A DNA stretch of 64,000 nucleotides from an uncultured Actinomycetota bacterium (GTDB lineage: Bacteria > Actinomycetota > Actinomycetes > Propionibacteriales > Nocardioidaceae): positions 25,363 to 89,362 of the forward strand of contig CAVUWU010000004.1 of the NCBI GenBank assembly GCA_963745245.1, read 5' to 3'. The position numbers and the translations under genes are program-made. Of the stretch, positions 19,681 to 28,710 are shown one piece after another. The first letter of the stretch is position 1. Each line of letters starts with the position of its first letter. The notes beneath the pieces are model-generated. The model was given only the letters and a program-made list of their open reading frames with translations, had not been told where the DNA came from and did no database searches.

Positions 19681-21182
19681 TGGGCGCGACGTTCGTCGGG
19701 ATGCCCGCCTTCCCCGACGCCGCCCGGGCCGCGCTCGCCGACACCCAGCTGCGCGCCAACCTCGCCACCGCCACCGCCACGATCCGCGCCAAGCGCGCCG
19801 CGGTGGTCGGCGAGGTCCCGGAGTGGGAGCAGCTTCGGCTGGCCGGCGCGGCGGTCAAGGACCGGGCGCTGCTGCAGCTGGACGCCACGCTGCTGGAGCT
19901 GGAGGCCGCGTTGCAGGCGGCAGGGGCGCGGGTGCACTGGGCGCGGGACGCGGCGGAGGCCTGCGAGATCGTCGCCACGGTCGCGGAGCAGCACGGCGTC
20001 GACGAGGTGGTCAAGGTCAAGTCGATGGCCACCCAGGAGATCGGGCTCACCGAGTCCTTGTCCCGGCGCGGCATCAGCGCCTGGGAGACCGACCTGGCCG
20101 AGCTCATCGTGCAGCTCGGGGACGACACCCCCTCGCACATCCTGGTGCCGGCCATCCACCGGAACCGGGCAGAGATCCGAGAGATCTTCCTGCGCCGGAT
20201 GGGAGCCGCCGGTCGGCCGGCGCCCGCGGGGCTCACCGACGACCCGGCCGAGCTTGCCGGGGCGGCGCGGCTGCACCTGCGCGAGAAGTTCCTCCGCGCC
20301 ACGATGGCCATCTCGGGGGCGAACTTCGCGGTCGCCGAGACAGGGACCCTCGTCGTGGTCGAGTCCGAGGGCAACGGCCGGATGTGCCTGACGCTGCCGG
20401 AGGTGCTCGTCTCTGTCGTGGGCATCGAGAAGGTGGTGCCCCGGTGGGAGGACCTCGCCCCGATGCTCGAACTGCTTCCGCGCTCGTCCACCGGCGAGCG
20501 GATGAACCCCTACACCTCGACCTGGACCGGCGTGACGCCCGGCGACGGCCCGCAGGAGGTGCACGTCGTCCTCCTCGACAACGGACGCACACGAGCCCTG
20601 GCCGACGAGGTCGGCCGGCAAGCGCTGCGCTGCATCCGCTGCTCGGCCTGCCTGAACGTGTGCCCCGTCTACGAGCGCACCGGGGGGCACGCCTACGGGT
20701 CGGTCTATCCCGGCCCGATCGGGGCCATCATCACCCCGCTGCTGCGCGGGGTCGGCGTCGATGAGCAGGTCGACTCGCTTCCCTTCGCCTCCTCGCTGTG
20801 CGGGGCCTGCTTCGAGGTCTGTCCCGTGCGCATCGACATTCCCTCGGTGTTGGTGGACCTGCGGGCCCGGGTCGTGGACGCCCACCGACCGTCGGCGAAG
20901 CCCGAGGCCCTCGTGATGCGGGCGGCGTCGTGGACCCTCGCCGCCGGCGATCGCCTTCGGTTCGCCGAACGGCTCGCCGGCCGGGTGGGCAGGCTCGCGG
21001 GGCGGCTGCCGGGCCGGCCGAGCCGGCTGGCGACCGGCCCCACGCGGCGCCGGAGGATGCCGGGCGGGCGGGTCGCGCTGGCTCGTGGCTTCGCCGCCTG
21101 GACCGGCGCCCGCGACCTGCCGGCCCCGCCTGAGGAGCCCTTCCGCGACTGGTGGCGTCGCACCGACGGGGGACGGAGGTGA
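19680..21182 (+). CDS. lutB: iron-sulfur lactate utilization protein LutB
   Basis: Lies in ORF 18900..21182. ATG 19680 overlaps the lutA stop. Ferredoxin motifs CIRCSACLNVCPVY and CGACFEVCPV; LUD-type N-half. Confidence 0.9.
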   Translation: MGATFVGMPAFPDAARAALADTQLRANLATATATIRAKRAAVVGEVPEWEQLRLAGAAVKDRALLQLDATLLELEAALQAAGARVHWARDAAEACEIVATVAEQHGVDEVVKVKSMATQEIGLTESLSRRGISAWETDLAELIVQLGDDTPSHILVPAIHRNRAEIREIFLRRMGAAGRPAPAGLTDDPAELAGAARLHLREKFLRATMAISGANFAVAETGTLVVVESEGNGRMCLTLPEVLVSVVGIEKVVPRWEDLAPMLELLPRSSTGERMNPYTSTWTGVTPGDGPQEVHVVLLDNGRTRALADEVGRQALRCIRCSACLNVCPVYERTGGHAYGSVYPGPIGAIITPLLRGVGVDEQVDSLPFASSLCGACFEVCPVRIDIPSVLVDLRARVVDAHRPSAKPEALVMRAASWTLAAGDRLRFAERLAGRVGRLAGRLPGRPSRLATGPTRRRRMPGGRVALARGFAAWTGARDLPAPPEEPFRDWWRRTDGGRR

Positions 21183-21823
21183 GCGCGCGGGACGAGATCC
21201 TGGCCCGGATCCGCGACGCCCTCGCGGACGCACCGGCACCGCCCCGGGCGGTGCCGGTGCCGGGTCCTGACCATGCCGCCGAGAGCGCGGCGGCCTCGCT
21301 GCTCGACCTCTTCGCCGAGCGGGTCGCCGACTACCGCGCTGTCGTGGAGCGATGCTCGGATGACGAGGTCGAGGCCCGGATCGCCGCCGCTCTGGCGTCC
21401 CTCCTCGCTGACGTGCCGGATGGGGGCCGCGTCGTCCGGCCCGCCGACCTGCCCTGGCCGGTGTCGGGGGCATCGCCCGACCCAGGCCTAGCCGGTGCCG
21501 ACATCGACGCGTTTGACGCCGTGGTCACCGCCGCTGCCGTCGGCATCGCGCGCACCGGCACCGTCGTGCTCGACCACGGCCCGGGCCAGGGTCGGCGGGC
21601 ACTCTCGCTGGTCCCGGACCGGCACGTCTGCGTCGTAGTCGCCGACCAGGTGGTCCACGGGGTGTCGGAGGCGCTCAGCCGTCTCGACCCGAGCCGTGCC
21701 CAGACCTGGATCAGCGGGCCCTCGGCCACCAGCGACATCGAGCTGCACCGAGTCGAGGGGGTCCACGGCCCGCGCCACCTGCATGTCCTGATCGTGGAAC
21801 CGTCCGTAGCATCGTCACAGTGA
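21179..21823 (+). CDS. lutC: lactate utilization protein LutC (LUD domain)
   Basis: Lies in ORF 21152..21823. GTG 21179 overlaps the lutB stop. SARDEILARIRDAL... N-terminus and ...WISGPSATSDIE typical of LutC/YkgG. Confidence 0.8.
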   Translation: MSARDEILARIRDALADAPAPPRAVPVPGPDHAAESAAASLLDLFAERVADYRAVVERCSDDEVEARIAAALASLLADVPDGGRVVRPADLPWPVSGASPDPGLAGADIDAFDAVVTAAAVGIARTGTVVLDHGPGQGRRALSLVPDRHVCVVVADQVVHGVSEALSRLDPSRAQTWISGPSATSDIELHRVEGVHGPRHLHVLIVEPSVASSQ

Positions 21824-23097
21824 GCAAGCACGCGGGTCCCCCGGCGCCGCACGACAACGCGCTGGAGGTGTTTGCCGATCTGGTCCTCGGGGCGCATCTG
21901 ATGGGGCCCCACGAGCTGCCGGACCACGTCGCCACCCATGCCGCCCGGCTGGGCTTCGGGGATGCCGTGCTCTACCTGGCCGATCTGGAGGGCCGGGTGC
22001 TGCTGCCCTTCCTGCCGGGTGGACAGCCCGACATCGACCATCGACACACCGCACTCGGCATCGACTCCACGCTGGCCGGTCGGGTCTTCCAACAGCTCGA
22101 GCCGCTAGGTCAGGCGGACGGAGAAGGCCACGTGCGGACCTGGGTGCCCGTGCTGCGCGGTGTCGAACGGCTGGGGGTCCTGGCGGTGAACCTCGAGGTG
22201 TCCTCGGACACCGACGAGACCGAGCACCGGCGGATGCTGGCGCTGTTCGCAGCGGAGGTCGCCGAGCTCGTCATCACCCGGCAGTCCTTCGGCGACACGA
22301 TCACGCGCCTGCGGCGTACCTCGCCGATGGGGTTGGCCGCGGAGATCCAGTGGGACCTGCTGCCTCCACTGGCCTTCGCCAACCGCGACGTGAGCGTGGC
22401 TGGTGCGCTGGAGCCGGCCTACGAGGTCGCCGGCGATTCCGTCGACTACGCCGTGGACCGAGAGACCGCCTGGCTGGCGATCTTCGACGGCATGGGTCAC
22501 GGGCTCGACAGCGCCCGGCTGGCGAGCGTCCTCATTGCGGCGTACCGCAACGCGCGGCGCGCCGGTCAGTCGCTGACCGCCGCCTGGGAGCGGATCGACT
22601 CCGTGGTGACCGACGTCACCGACGGCGAGGGGTTCGCGACCGGGCTGATCGCCGAGCTCGACAGCCGGACGGGGGCTTTGACCTGGCTCAACGCAGGCCA
22701 TCCGTCGCCGCTGCTGATCCGGGGCAACCGCGCCGTCAAGGAGCTGCGGATGGAGCCGGAGCTGCCGTTCGGGATGGGGGCGCTGCGCGAGCCGCCGGCT
22801 GCCACTGGAGGCGACCGCGTCGGCCACGTGCAGCTCCAGCCGGGGGACTACCTGCTGCTCTACACCGATGGCATGGTCGAGTCGCGCTCACCGGCCGGCA
22901 AGCAGTTCGGAGTCGACCGGCTCACCGAGTTGCTGGTCAAGAGCATCGTCGGTGGGATGCCCGCCTCCGAGACGCTGCGCCGCGCCGTCCGGGCGCTCAT
23001 GGACCACCAGAGCGCCAACCTGAGCGACGACGCCACGCTGCTGCTGACCCAGTGGCGACCACCGCACGACCTTCGGCTTCTCGGCGTCCCCGGCTGA
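21820..23097 (+). CDS. GAF-domain PP2C/SpoIIE-family protein phosphatase
   Basis: 425 aa. C-terminal PP2C blocks: AGDSVDY, LAIFDGMGHG, LNAGHPSPLL, LLLYTDGMVE, DDATLL. GAF-like N-half. GTG 21820 overlaps the lutC stop (GTGA). Confidence 0.85.
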   Translation: MSKHAGPPAPHDNALEVFADLVLGAHLMGPHELPDHVATHAARLGFGDAVLYLADLEGRVLLPFLPGGQPDIDHRHTALGIDSTLAGRVFQQLEPLGQADGEGHVRTWVPVLRGVERLGVLAVNLEVSSDTDETEHRRMLALFAAEVAELVITRQSFGDTITRLRRTSPMGLAAEIQWDLLPPLAFANRDVSVAGALEPAYEVAGDSVDYAVDRETAWLAIFDGMGHGLDSARLASVLIAAYRNARRAGQSLTAAWERIDSVVTDVTDGEGFATGLIAELDSRTGALTWLNAGHPSPLLIRGNRAVKELRMEPELPFGMGALREPPAATGGDRVGHVQLQPGDYLLLYTDGMVESRSPAGKQFGVDRLTELLVKSIVGGMPASETLRRAVRALMDHQSANLSDDATLLLTQWRPPHDLRLLGVPG

Positions 23098-23308
23098 CCG
23101 GGGGTTGGTCGAGCCCCTTTCTGCCGGCATCCGTGTGGACTGCTGGTGGGACTCGTGGGAATTGTGCTGAATGCAGACAGGACGTCCCCGATGCCTGGAT
23201 GATGGTGCCGCGGACCCGGGACATCGGCATCATCCGCCATGCCCGGGACCGGCTCGCTCGGGGGGTGGGCATCGCGAGCCGGCGATTGCGGCCGAGGGAG
23301 GGAGCCTG

Positions 23309-23689
23309 ATGGAGCGGACCCCGCACGCATTGGTGGTCGACGACGACGAGGATGTGCGCGTCATCACCCGGTTGAGCCTCGAGGTGGCCGGATGGGTGGT
23401 CTCGGAGGCCGCCAGCGGCGCCGAGGCGCTGGCGCAGTGCGCCGCCGAGGCGCCCGACGTGGTGCTGCTCGACGTGATGATGCCTCAGATGGATGGCCCG
23501 ACGACCTTCGCCGCCCTCCAGGCCGACAGCACCCTGCGCTCGGTGCCGGTCGTCTACCTCACGGCCAAGGCCGAGCCGGCCGAGCGAGAGCGACTCCGGC
23601 GCACGGGCGTGATGGGGGTCATGTCGAAACCATTCGACCCGCTGACCTTGGCGGACAGCGTGTCGAATCTCTTGGGATGGAAGTCCTAG
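23309..23689 (+). CDS. single-domain (CheY-like) response regulator
   Basis: Lies in ORF 23171..23689. ATG 23309 follows GGGAGGGAG. ALVVDDDEDV, VVLLDVMMPQMDG, LTAK, SKPF. Confidence 0.85.
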   Translation: MERTPHALVVDDDEDVRVITRLSLEVAGWVVSEAASGAEALAQCAAEAPDVVLLDVMMPQMDGPTTFAALQADSTLRSVPVVYLTAKAEPAERERLRRTGVMGVMSKPFDPLTLADSVSNLLGWKS

Positions 23690-23740
23690 GAAATCTGGCG
23701 AAACGCCACCGAACCGGACGGCCCCACCTAGCGTTTTACC

Positions 23741-25924
23741 GTGAGGCACACGCAGACGGGCACGACGAGGCCCTTCCGGATTGCGCTCGTGGTGGCCGCG
23801 GCCGCGTGCGTCGCCTTCGCATTCCTGCTCGGCGGCCCCGCGCCGGACGACGTGGCCACGACCGCGAGTGCGCTCGGGCTGCTCGGGGGCGGAGTCGCAG
23901 GCCTGCTCAGTTGCGCCTGGCGCGCGTGCTGCAGCCCGAACATCCGCCGCCGACCCTGGCAGTTGCTGGCCGCGGCGGCCTTCGTGGCGATCAGCGGCAA
24001 CGTCTGGGTGGCCGTCAGCGGGTCGGACCCGTTGACCTCGCCAAGCCTGCTCGGTGAGCTGAGCATCGGCGTTGCCCTGCTCCTCTCCATCGCCGGGCTG
24101 CTCAGCTTCCCCGCGGCCCGACGGCGCGGCATCGAGCTGATCCTGATGGTGCTCGACGGCGTCGTGATCAGCGGAGCCATGCTTCTGATCGGCCTGGCGC
24201 TGGTCTATCCACGCTTGCTGGACTCGGCGGCGAACGGCTTGGGCTCTCGGCCGTCGGCCCTACTCTTCCCCGCTCTTGACCTCGTGATGGCCGCGGTGGC
24301 CCTGCTGTTGGTCATCCGCCGTCGCAGCGAACGGGCCGTGCTGGTCCTGGTCGCCGCGGGATTCCTCACCTACGCCACCGCCGACCTCACGTTCGCAGTT
24401 CGGGTGGCCGAGGGCACGTTCGAGTTCGGGACCGTCCTCGACCTGGCATGGATCACGGGGTATGCCCTGATCGCGCTGGCTGCCTGGCACCCGAGCGCGG
24501 CCCGCGCTCCACAGGAGCATGAGGCTCACCGGGGCAGCGCCGACGTCCACGGGACGATGCTGATCTCCGGGGTGCTCGTGGTGGCCGTCCTGGCTCAACT
24601 CGGCCGGCACGCCAGCGGCGAGTTCTACCGCGTGCAGGCGGTGCTCTGGCTGCTGCTGGTGCTGACCGCGGGCCTGCGCCAGGTCCTGTTGACCTACGAC
24701 AACGCCCGACTGCGGCAGAGCCTCGAACGCCGGGTCAGTGAGCAGACCGCGGACCTGCGTCGGCTCGCCCGCCAGACGGAGGTGCTGCTGGGCTCCGTCG
24801 GGGACGGCATCTACGGCGTGGACGCGGACGGCCGGCTCACCTTCGTCAACCACGCCGGTGCGCTGGCCCTGGGCCGTTCCCCCGAGTCGCTCCTGGGCAC
24901 CCATGCCCTGGGCTCGCTGCGCGCACCGAACGCCGAGGCCGCTCGCGGTTGCGGTGCCGGTTCCGCTTCGGGCCGGTCCTACGTCGACCGCGCCATCCGC
25001 GACCGGGTCGTCTCGACCGGCCAGGAGGACACCTACCTCCGCGCCGACGGGACGACGTTCCCGGTCGAGGTCACCTCCAGCCCACTGCTCGACGACGAGA
25101 TCTCCCAAGGAGCCGTGGTCGTCTTCCGGGACGTGACCCAGCGGCACGAGGTCGAGCGGCTCAAGAACGAGTTCCTGTCGGTGGTCAGCCACGAGCTGCG
25201 CACCCCGCTGACCTCGATCCGCGGCTCGCTGGGCTTGCTGTCCGGTGGGGCCGTGGAGCCACTGTCCCCGCGGGTTCGCTCGATGATCGACATGGCGCTG
25301 AGCAGCAGCGAGCGACTGACCCGCCTGATCGAGGACATCCTCGACGTCGAACGGCTGGAGTCCGGCACACTGCCCATGGACGTGCGGCCCTGCCGCGTCG
25401 CCGACCTGCTGGGCCCGGCGGTCCGGGAGGTCGCCGGCTTCGCCCGGCAGACGGACGTCGAGGTCACCTGGGGGCCCTCCTCCGGAGGCGTCATGGCCGA
25501 CCCCGACCGGGTCGTCCAGACCTTGACCAACCTGCTGACGAACGCGATCAAGTTCTCCGCGGTCGGGAGCACCGTCCGGCTTGACGCCGAGGACCGGGGC
25601 CACGAGGTCCTGTTCCGGGTCCGGGACAGCGGGCGAGGAATCCCCGAGGAGAAGCTGGAGAGCGTCTTCGAGCGCTTCCAGCAAGTCGACTCCTCCGACG
25701 CTCGGGTCCGCGGAGGCACCGGTCTCGGCTTGGCGATCAGCCGCCGGATCGTGGATCAGCACGGAGGGCGGATCTGGGCCGAGAGCGTCACTGGGGCCGG
25801 CACGACGGTGAAGTTCACCCTGCCCGCGGCCGATGTCGATAGTGCGGACCCACCAACGCCACCGGCCTTCGCCGAACCGACGGGCAGTGACGGGGACCGC
25901 GAAGCCTGGCGGACGGTCGCCTAG
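23741..25924 (+). CDS. polytopic membrane PAS sensor histidine kinase
   Basis: 727 aa. About 8 hydrophobic helices, PAS (LGSVGDGIYGVDADGRLTFVN), H-box FLSVVSHELRTPLTSIRG, HATPase (GGTGLGLAISRRIV). Confidence 0.9.
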   Translation: MRHTQTGTTRPFRIALVVAAAACVAFAFLLGGPAPDDVATTASALGLLGGGVAGLLSCAWRACCSPNIRRRPWQLLAAAAFVAISGNVWVAVSGSDPLTSPSLLGELSIGVALLLSIAGLLSFPAARRRGIELILMVLDGVVISGAMLLIGLALVYPRLLDSAANGLGSRPSALLFPALDLVMAAVALLLVIRRRSERAVLVLVAAGFLTYATADLTFAVRVAEGTFEFGTVLDLAWITGYALIALAAWHPSAARAPQEHEAHRGSADVHGTMLISGVLVVAVLAQLGRHASGEFYRVQAVLWLLLVLTAGLRQVLLTYDNARLRQSLERRVSEQTADLRRLARQTEVLLGSVGDGIYGVDADGRLTFVNHAGALALGRSPESLLGTHALGSLRAPNAEAARGCGAGSASGRSYVDRAIRDRVVSTGQEDTYLRADGTTFPVEVTSSPLLDDEISQGAVVVFRDVTQRHEVERLKNEFLSVVSHELRTPLTSIRGSLGLLSGGAVEPLSPRVRSMIDMALSSSERLTRLIEDILDVERLESGTLPMDVRPCRVADLLGPAVREVAGFARQTDVEVTWGPSSGGVMADPDRVVQTLTNLLTNAIKFSAVGSTVRLDAEDRGHEVLFRVRDSGRGIPEEKLESVFERFQQVDSSDARVRGGTGLGLAISRRIVDQHGGRIWAESVTGAGTTVKFTLPAADVDSADPPTPPAFAEPTGSDGDREAWRTVA

Positions 25925-26007
25925 CGGGCTCCGACTCCCCGACCGACGCCCCCCGAACGTGAGGCCACTGACGTGCGCCCATACGACGTATGAGGAAAGA
26001 GAAGCCC

Positions 26008-26520
26008 ATGCATGAGAACCGTCCCGAGGAGGGGAACCCGACTCCGGTGCTGGACATCACGCTCCGCACGGGCGTGGGTGCGGGGAGGACCCCACTCTCC
26101 GCGTTCGACACCGCGCTGCTGGATGCCGGGGTCGCCAACTACAACCTGGTCCGACTCTCGTCGGTGATCCCTCGTGCCGGGAGACTGCGTCGCACCTCCG
26201 AGACACTCCGCGGCCTGCACGGAGACCGGCTCTACTGTGTGTACGCCGAGGCGCACGCCAGCGCCCCCGGCCAGATCGCCTGGGCCGGGGTGGGATGGAT
26301 CCGCGACGCCAGCGGCGACGGGCTATTCGTGGAGCATGTCGGCGAGAGCCGAGAGCACCTCGTGGAGCAGATCGAGCTGAGCCTGGCAGACATGGCAGCA
26401 AACCGCGGGGGCGGCTACGGACAGCCCGAGTACGTCCTCGCCTGCGCGGAGTGGGCCGACCGTCCGGCGTGCGCTCTGGTGGTCGCGGCGTACGAGATGC
26501 AGACCTGGACGCTGTCATGA
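26008..26520 (+). CDS. pdaD: pyruvoyl-dependent arginine decarboxylase (PdaD family)
   Basis: ORF 25990..26520. Family pattern TGVGAGRTPLSAFDTALLDAGVANYNLVRLSSVIP, with the Ser-Ser self-cleavage site in its usual context. ATG 26008 has GAGGAAAGAG upstream; ATG 25990 is the alternative. Confidence 0.85.
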   Translation: MHENRPEEGNPTPVLDITLRTGVGAGRTPLSAFDTALLDAGVANYNLVRLSSVIPRAGRLRRTSETLRGLHGDRLYCVYAEAHASAPGQIAWAGVGWIRDASGDGLFVEHVGESREHLVEQIELSLADMAANRGGGYGQPEYVLACAEWADRPACALVVAAYEMQTWTLS

Positions 26521-27098
26521 CGACCACGACGAGCCTGCCCGGCTACACGATCACCGTCGAGACCGTGGTCGACGACGAGACCGCCCGTGCCTTCTACAAG
26601 CTCTACCTCGAGACGTTCGGTGAGCTGGCAACCCGCGCCGCGGCCCGCCAGGTCCTGGACGAGGACGAGTTCATGGCGGACATGGTCGACCCGCGGGTCT
26701 TCAAGTACCTCGCCCGCGACCAGGCCGGCAACGTGGTCGGGATGTGCACGCTGACCAGCCACCTGCAGGTGGTCCCGTGGATCAGCCCCGAGTACTTCGC
26801 CCACCACTACCCCGACCACGCCGAGCGGCAGGCCATCTACTACCTCGGGTTCATCCTGGTCGCCCATCGCCACCGGCGCACCCGGCTGTTCCAGCTGATG
26901 ATCTCGCGGGTCGTCGAGCGGCTGGTGGCCGAGCGGGCCGTGTGCTCCTACGACATCTGCGGCTACAACAACACCGTTCTGCGCCTGGCCGACAACATCG
27001 AGTCGCTGCTCGTCCGCGTCGCAGACGTCGATGTGGAGGAGATCGACGCCCAGCGCTACTACACCGCCACGTTCACCGGGTCGGCACCGGCAGCCTGA
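26517..27098 (+). CDS. hypothetical protein, 193 aa (possible degenerate GNAT-like fold; unassigned)
   Basis: C-terminal part of ORF 26295..27098. ATG 26517 overlaps the pdaD stop (ATGA). High third-position G+C. I recognise no diagnostic motif. The strand-helix pattern around VVGMCTLT...IYYLGFILVAHRHRRTRLFQLM is only loosely GNAT-like. Confidence 0.7.
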   Translation: MTTTTSLPGYTITVETVVDDETARAFYKLYLETFGELATRAAARQVLDEDEFMADMVDPRVFKYLARDQAGNVVGMCTLTSHLQVVPWISPEYFAHHYPDHAERQAIYYLGFILVAHRHRRTRLFQLMISRVVERLVAERAVCSYDICGYNNTVLRLADNIESLLVRVADVDVEEIDAQRYYTATFTGSAPAA

Positions 27099-27284
27099 CC
27101 CGCTCCCGACCCGAGGTCGCGCCGCAGCAGGGAGCCGAAGGTGGCCAGCGCCACCTCGGAGCCCTCTGCGCGCAGCCCCATCGGCGACGCGAGGCACAGG
27201 AGCGACTCGCCACCCGACCCCGTTTGTGCTTGCCCCGGACGGGTCTCGACCTCGCTCAGAGATCACGTCGGGCGCGAACCGCCC

Positions 27285-28502
27285 TCAGCTGAGCGCTCGG
27301 AGGAAGGGCAGCGCCCACTGCCAGGCCTCGACGGCCAACTCGTCGAGTTCGGGGCTCAGCTCGTCGGATTCGCCGTACCGCACGGCGGCCTCGTAGCCGG
27401 CCACCTCGCTGACCACGGCGCCCATCGGGCCCTCGCCCCAGAAGGCGGCGTCGCGGAGCTCGGAGGATAGGGACATGCTCTGGGCGAGGTCGGTGACCTC
27501 GCAGCCGAGCAGAAGGTCCAACGCGGAGATCAGCCCGGCAGTGAAGGCGAACTCCCCGGAGAGGCGTCGCCGAGTGGCCACCGACTCGCAGATCCGCGCA
27601 CGGGTGACCGCGACCGCGAGGCCGTCCACACTTCCGGTCGGGTGACCGCTGAGCATGGTGAGCGCGATCCACTGCCGGATCCGCCTGGTGCCGAGCAGGA
27701 CGAGCGCCTCCCGGATCGTCCGGACCTCTCGGCGCAGCCCCGAGGCGGCGCCCAGGGACGCGACATGGAGCAGCTGAGCGGTCAGCTCCGGTTCGTGGCG
27801 CAGGGTTGCCTCGATGTCGTCGTACTCGAACTCGTCGCGCAGCATGGTCATCGCCAGCTCGGTGCGGGCCACGCTGGTCGGGGCCAACGCATGCGCGGCC
27901 ACGAGGGTGGGCCGTTCGACGCCGTAGCCCTGGAACAGGTCGAAGCCCAGCTCGCGGGCCGCAGCGATCGCGTCGGCCGACTCGACCTTCTCGGCCAGCA
28001 TCATCGCCCGTTCACTGGCGAAGCGCTCCACGAGCTCGGCCACCGCGTCGGCGGGCGTGGTGAGCATGTCCACCTTGACGATCGAGACCACGTCCAGCAG
28101 GTGTTCGGCGCCCTTGCGCCAGACGAAGTCGTCGAGCGCGATCGCGTAGCCCTCGCCGGCGAGTCGCCGCACGCCGTCCACCACCTCGGTGTCGAGCTCC
28201 ACGGTCTCCAGGACCTCGATGACGGTACGCCGCGGCGGCAGGGCCACGGCGAGCTCCCCGGTGAGGACCGCCCGGTCGGCGTTGACGAACACGGCCTTGT
28301 CGCCGACGAGTGCCTCGAGCCCCAGGGTGAGCGTGTTGAGGAGGACTTCGGCGGTCTTCCGGTCGCCGTCGCTGGGAACCGGTAGCGAGCCCGTGGGCCG
28401 GTGCAGCACCTCGTAGCCGTAGACAGCTCCGGTGCGGTCGACGATGGGTTGCCGGCCGACGGCGGCGCGCGCCCGATGGGCGTGGACGGTCTCGGTTGGC
28501 AT
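27285..28502 (-). CDS. EAL-domain plus HDOD-domain signalling protein (YuxH-like)
   Basis: C-terminal 405 aa of ORF 27285..28868(-). ATG 28502 is preceded by GGAGG. EAL blocks QPIVD, IEVLET, ALDDF, KVD, AEKVES, FQGY, followed by an HDOD-like half. Confidence 0.85.
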   Translation of the reverse strand: MPTETVHAHRARAAVGRQPIVDRTGAVYGYEVLHRPTGSLPVPSDGDRKTAEVLLNTLTLGLEALVGDKAVFVNADRAVLTGELAVALPPRRTVIEVLETVELDTEVVDGVRRLAGEGYAIALDDFVWRKGAEHLLDVVSIVKVDMLTTPADAVAELVERFASERAMMLAEKVESADAIAAARELGFDLFQGYGVERPTLVAAHALAPTSVARTELAMTMLRDEFEYDDIEATLRHEPELTAQLLHVASLGAASGLRREVRTIREALVLLGTRRIRQWIALTMLSGHPTGSVDGLAVAVTRARICESVATRRRLSGEFAFTAGLISALDLLLGCEVTDLAQSMSLSSELRDAAFWGEGPMGAVVSEVAGYEAAVRYGESDELSPELDELAVEAWQWALPFLRALS

Positions 28503-28710
28503 GCGATTTCCTCCCCGGCCACCAGTCTGACGGCAGGTGCCCGCGTGCGCTGGCGTTCCTCGCACTTGCTGCCTCCTCAGGGCGGGCGCTCGGGCGCCGG
28601 CGTCGCGGGGACATGCCGGGACGGCCCGCAGGTGCCCAGGTGCGGCAGGATGGCGTGTCGGATCGGCGCGGTGAACAGCACTGACGAGGGCACCGGGAGG
28701 GGGCTGGCTC

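Noticed and set aside
27139-27156. Hairpin AGGTGGC-cagc-GCCACCT between the convergent unknown-protein and EAL-HDOD genes
   Set aside because: Short stem, no T-tract, and it sits 40 nt from one stop and 130 nt from the other. Not enough evidence to call a terminator.
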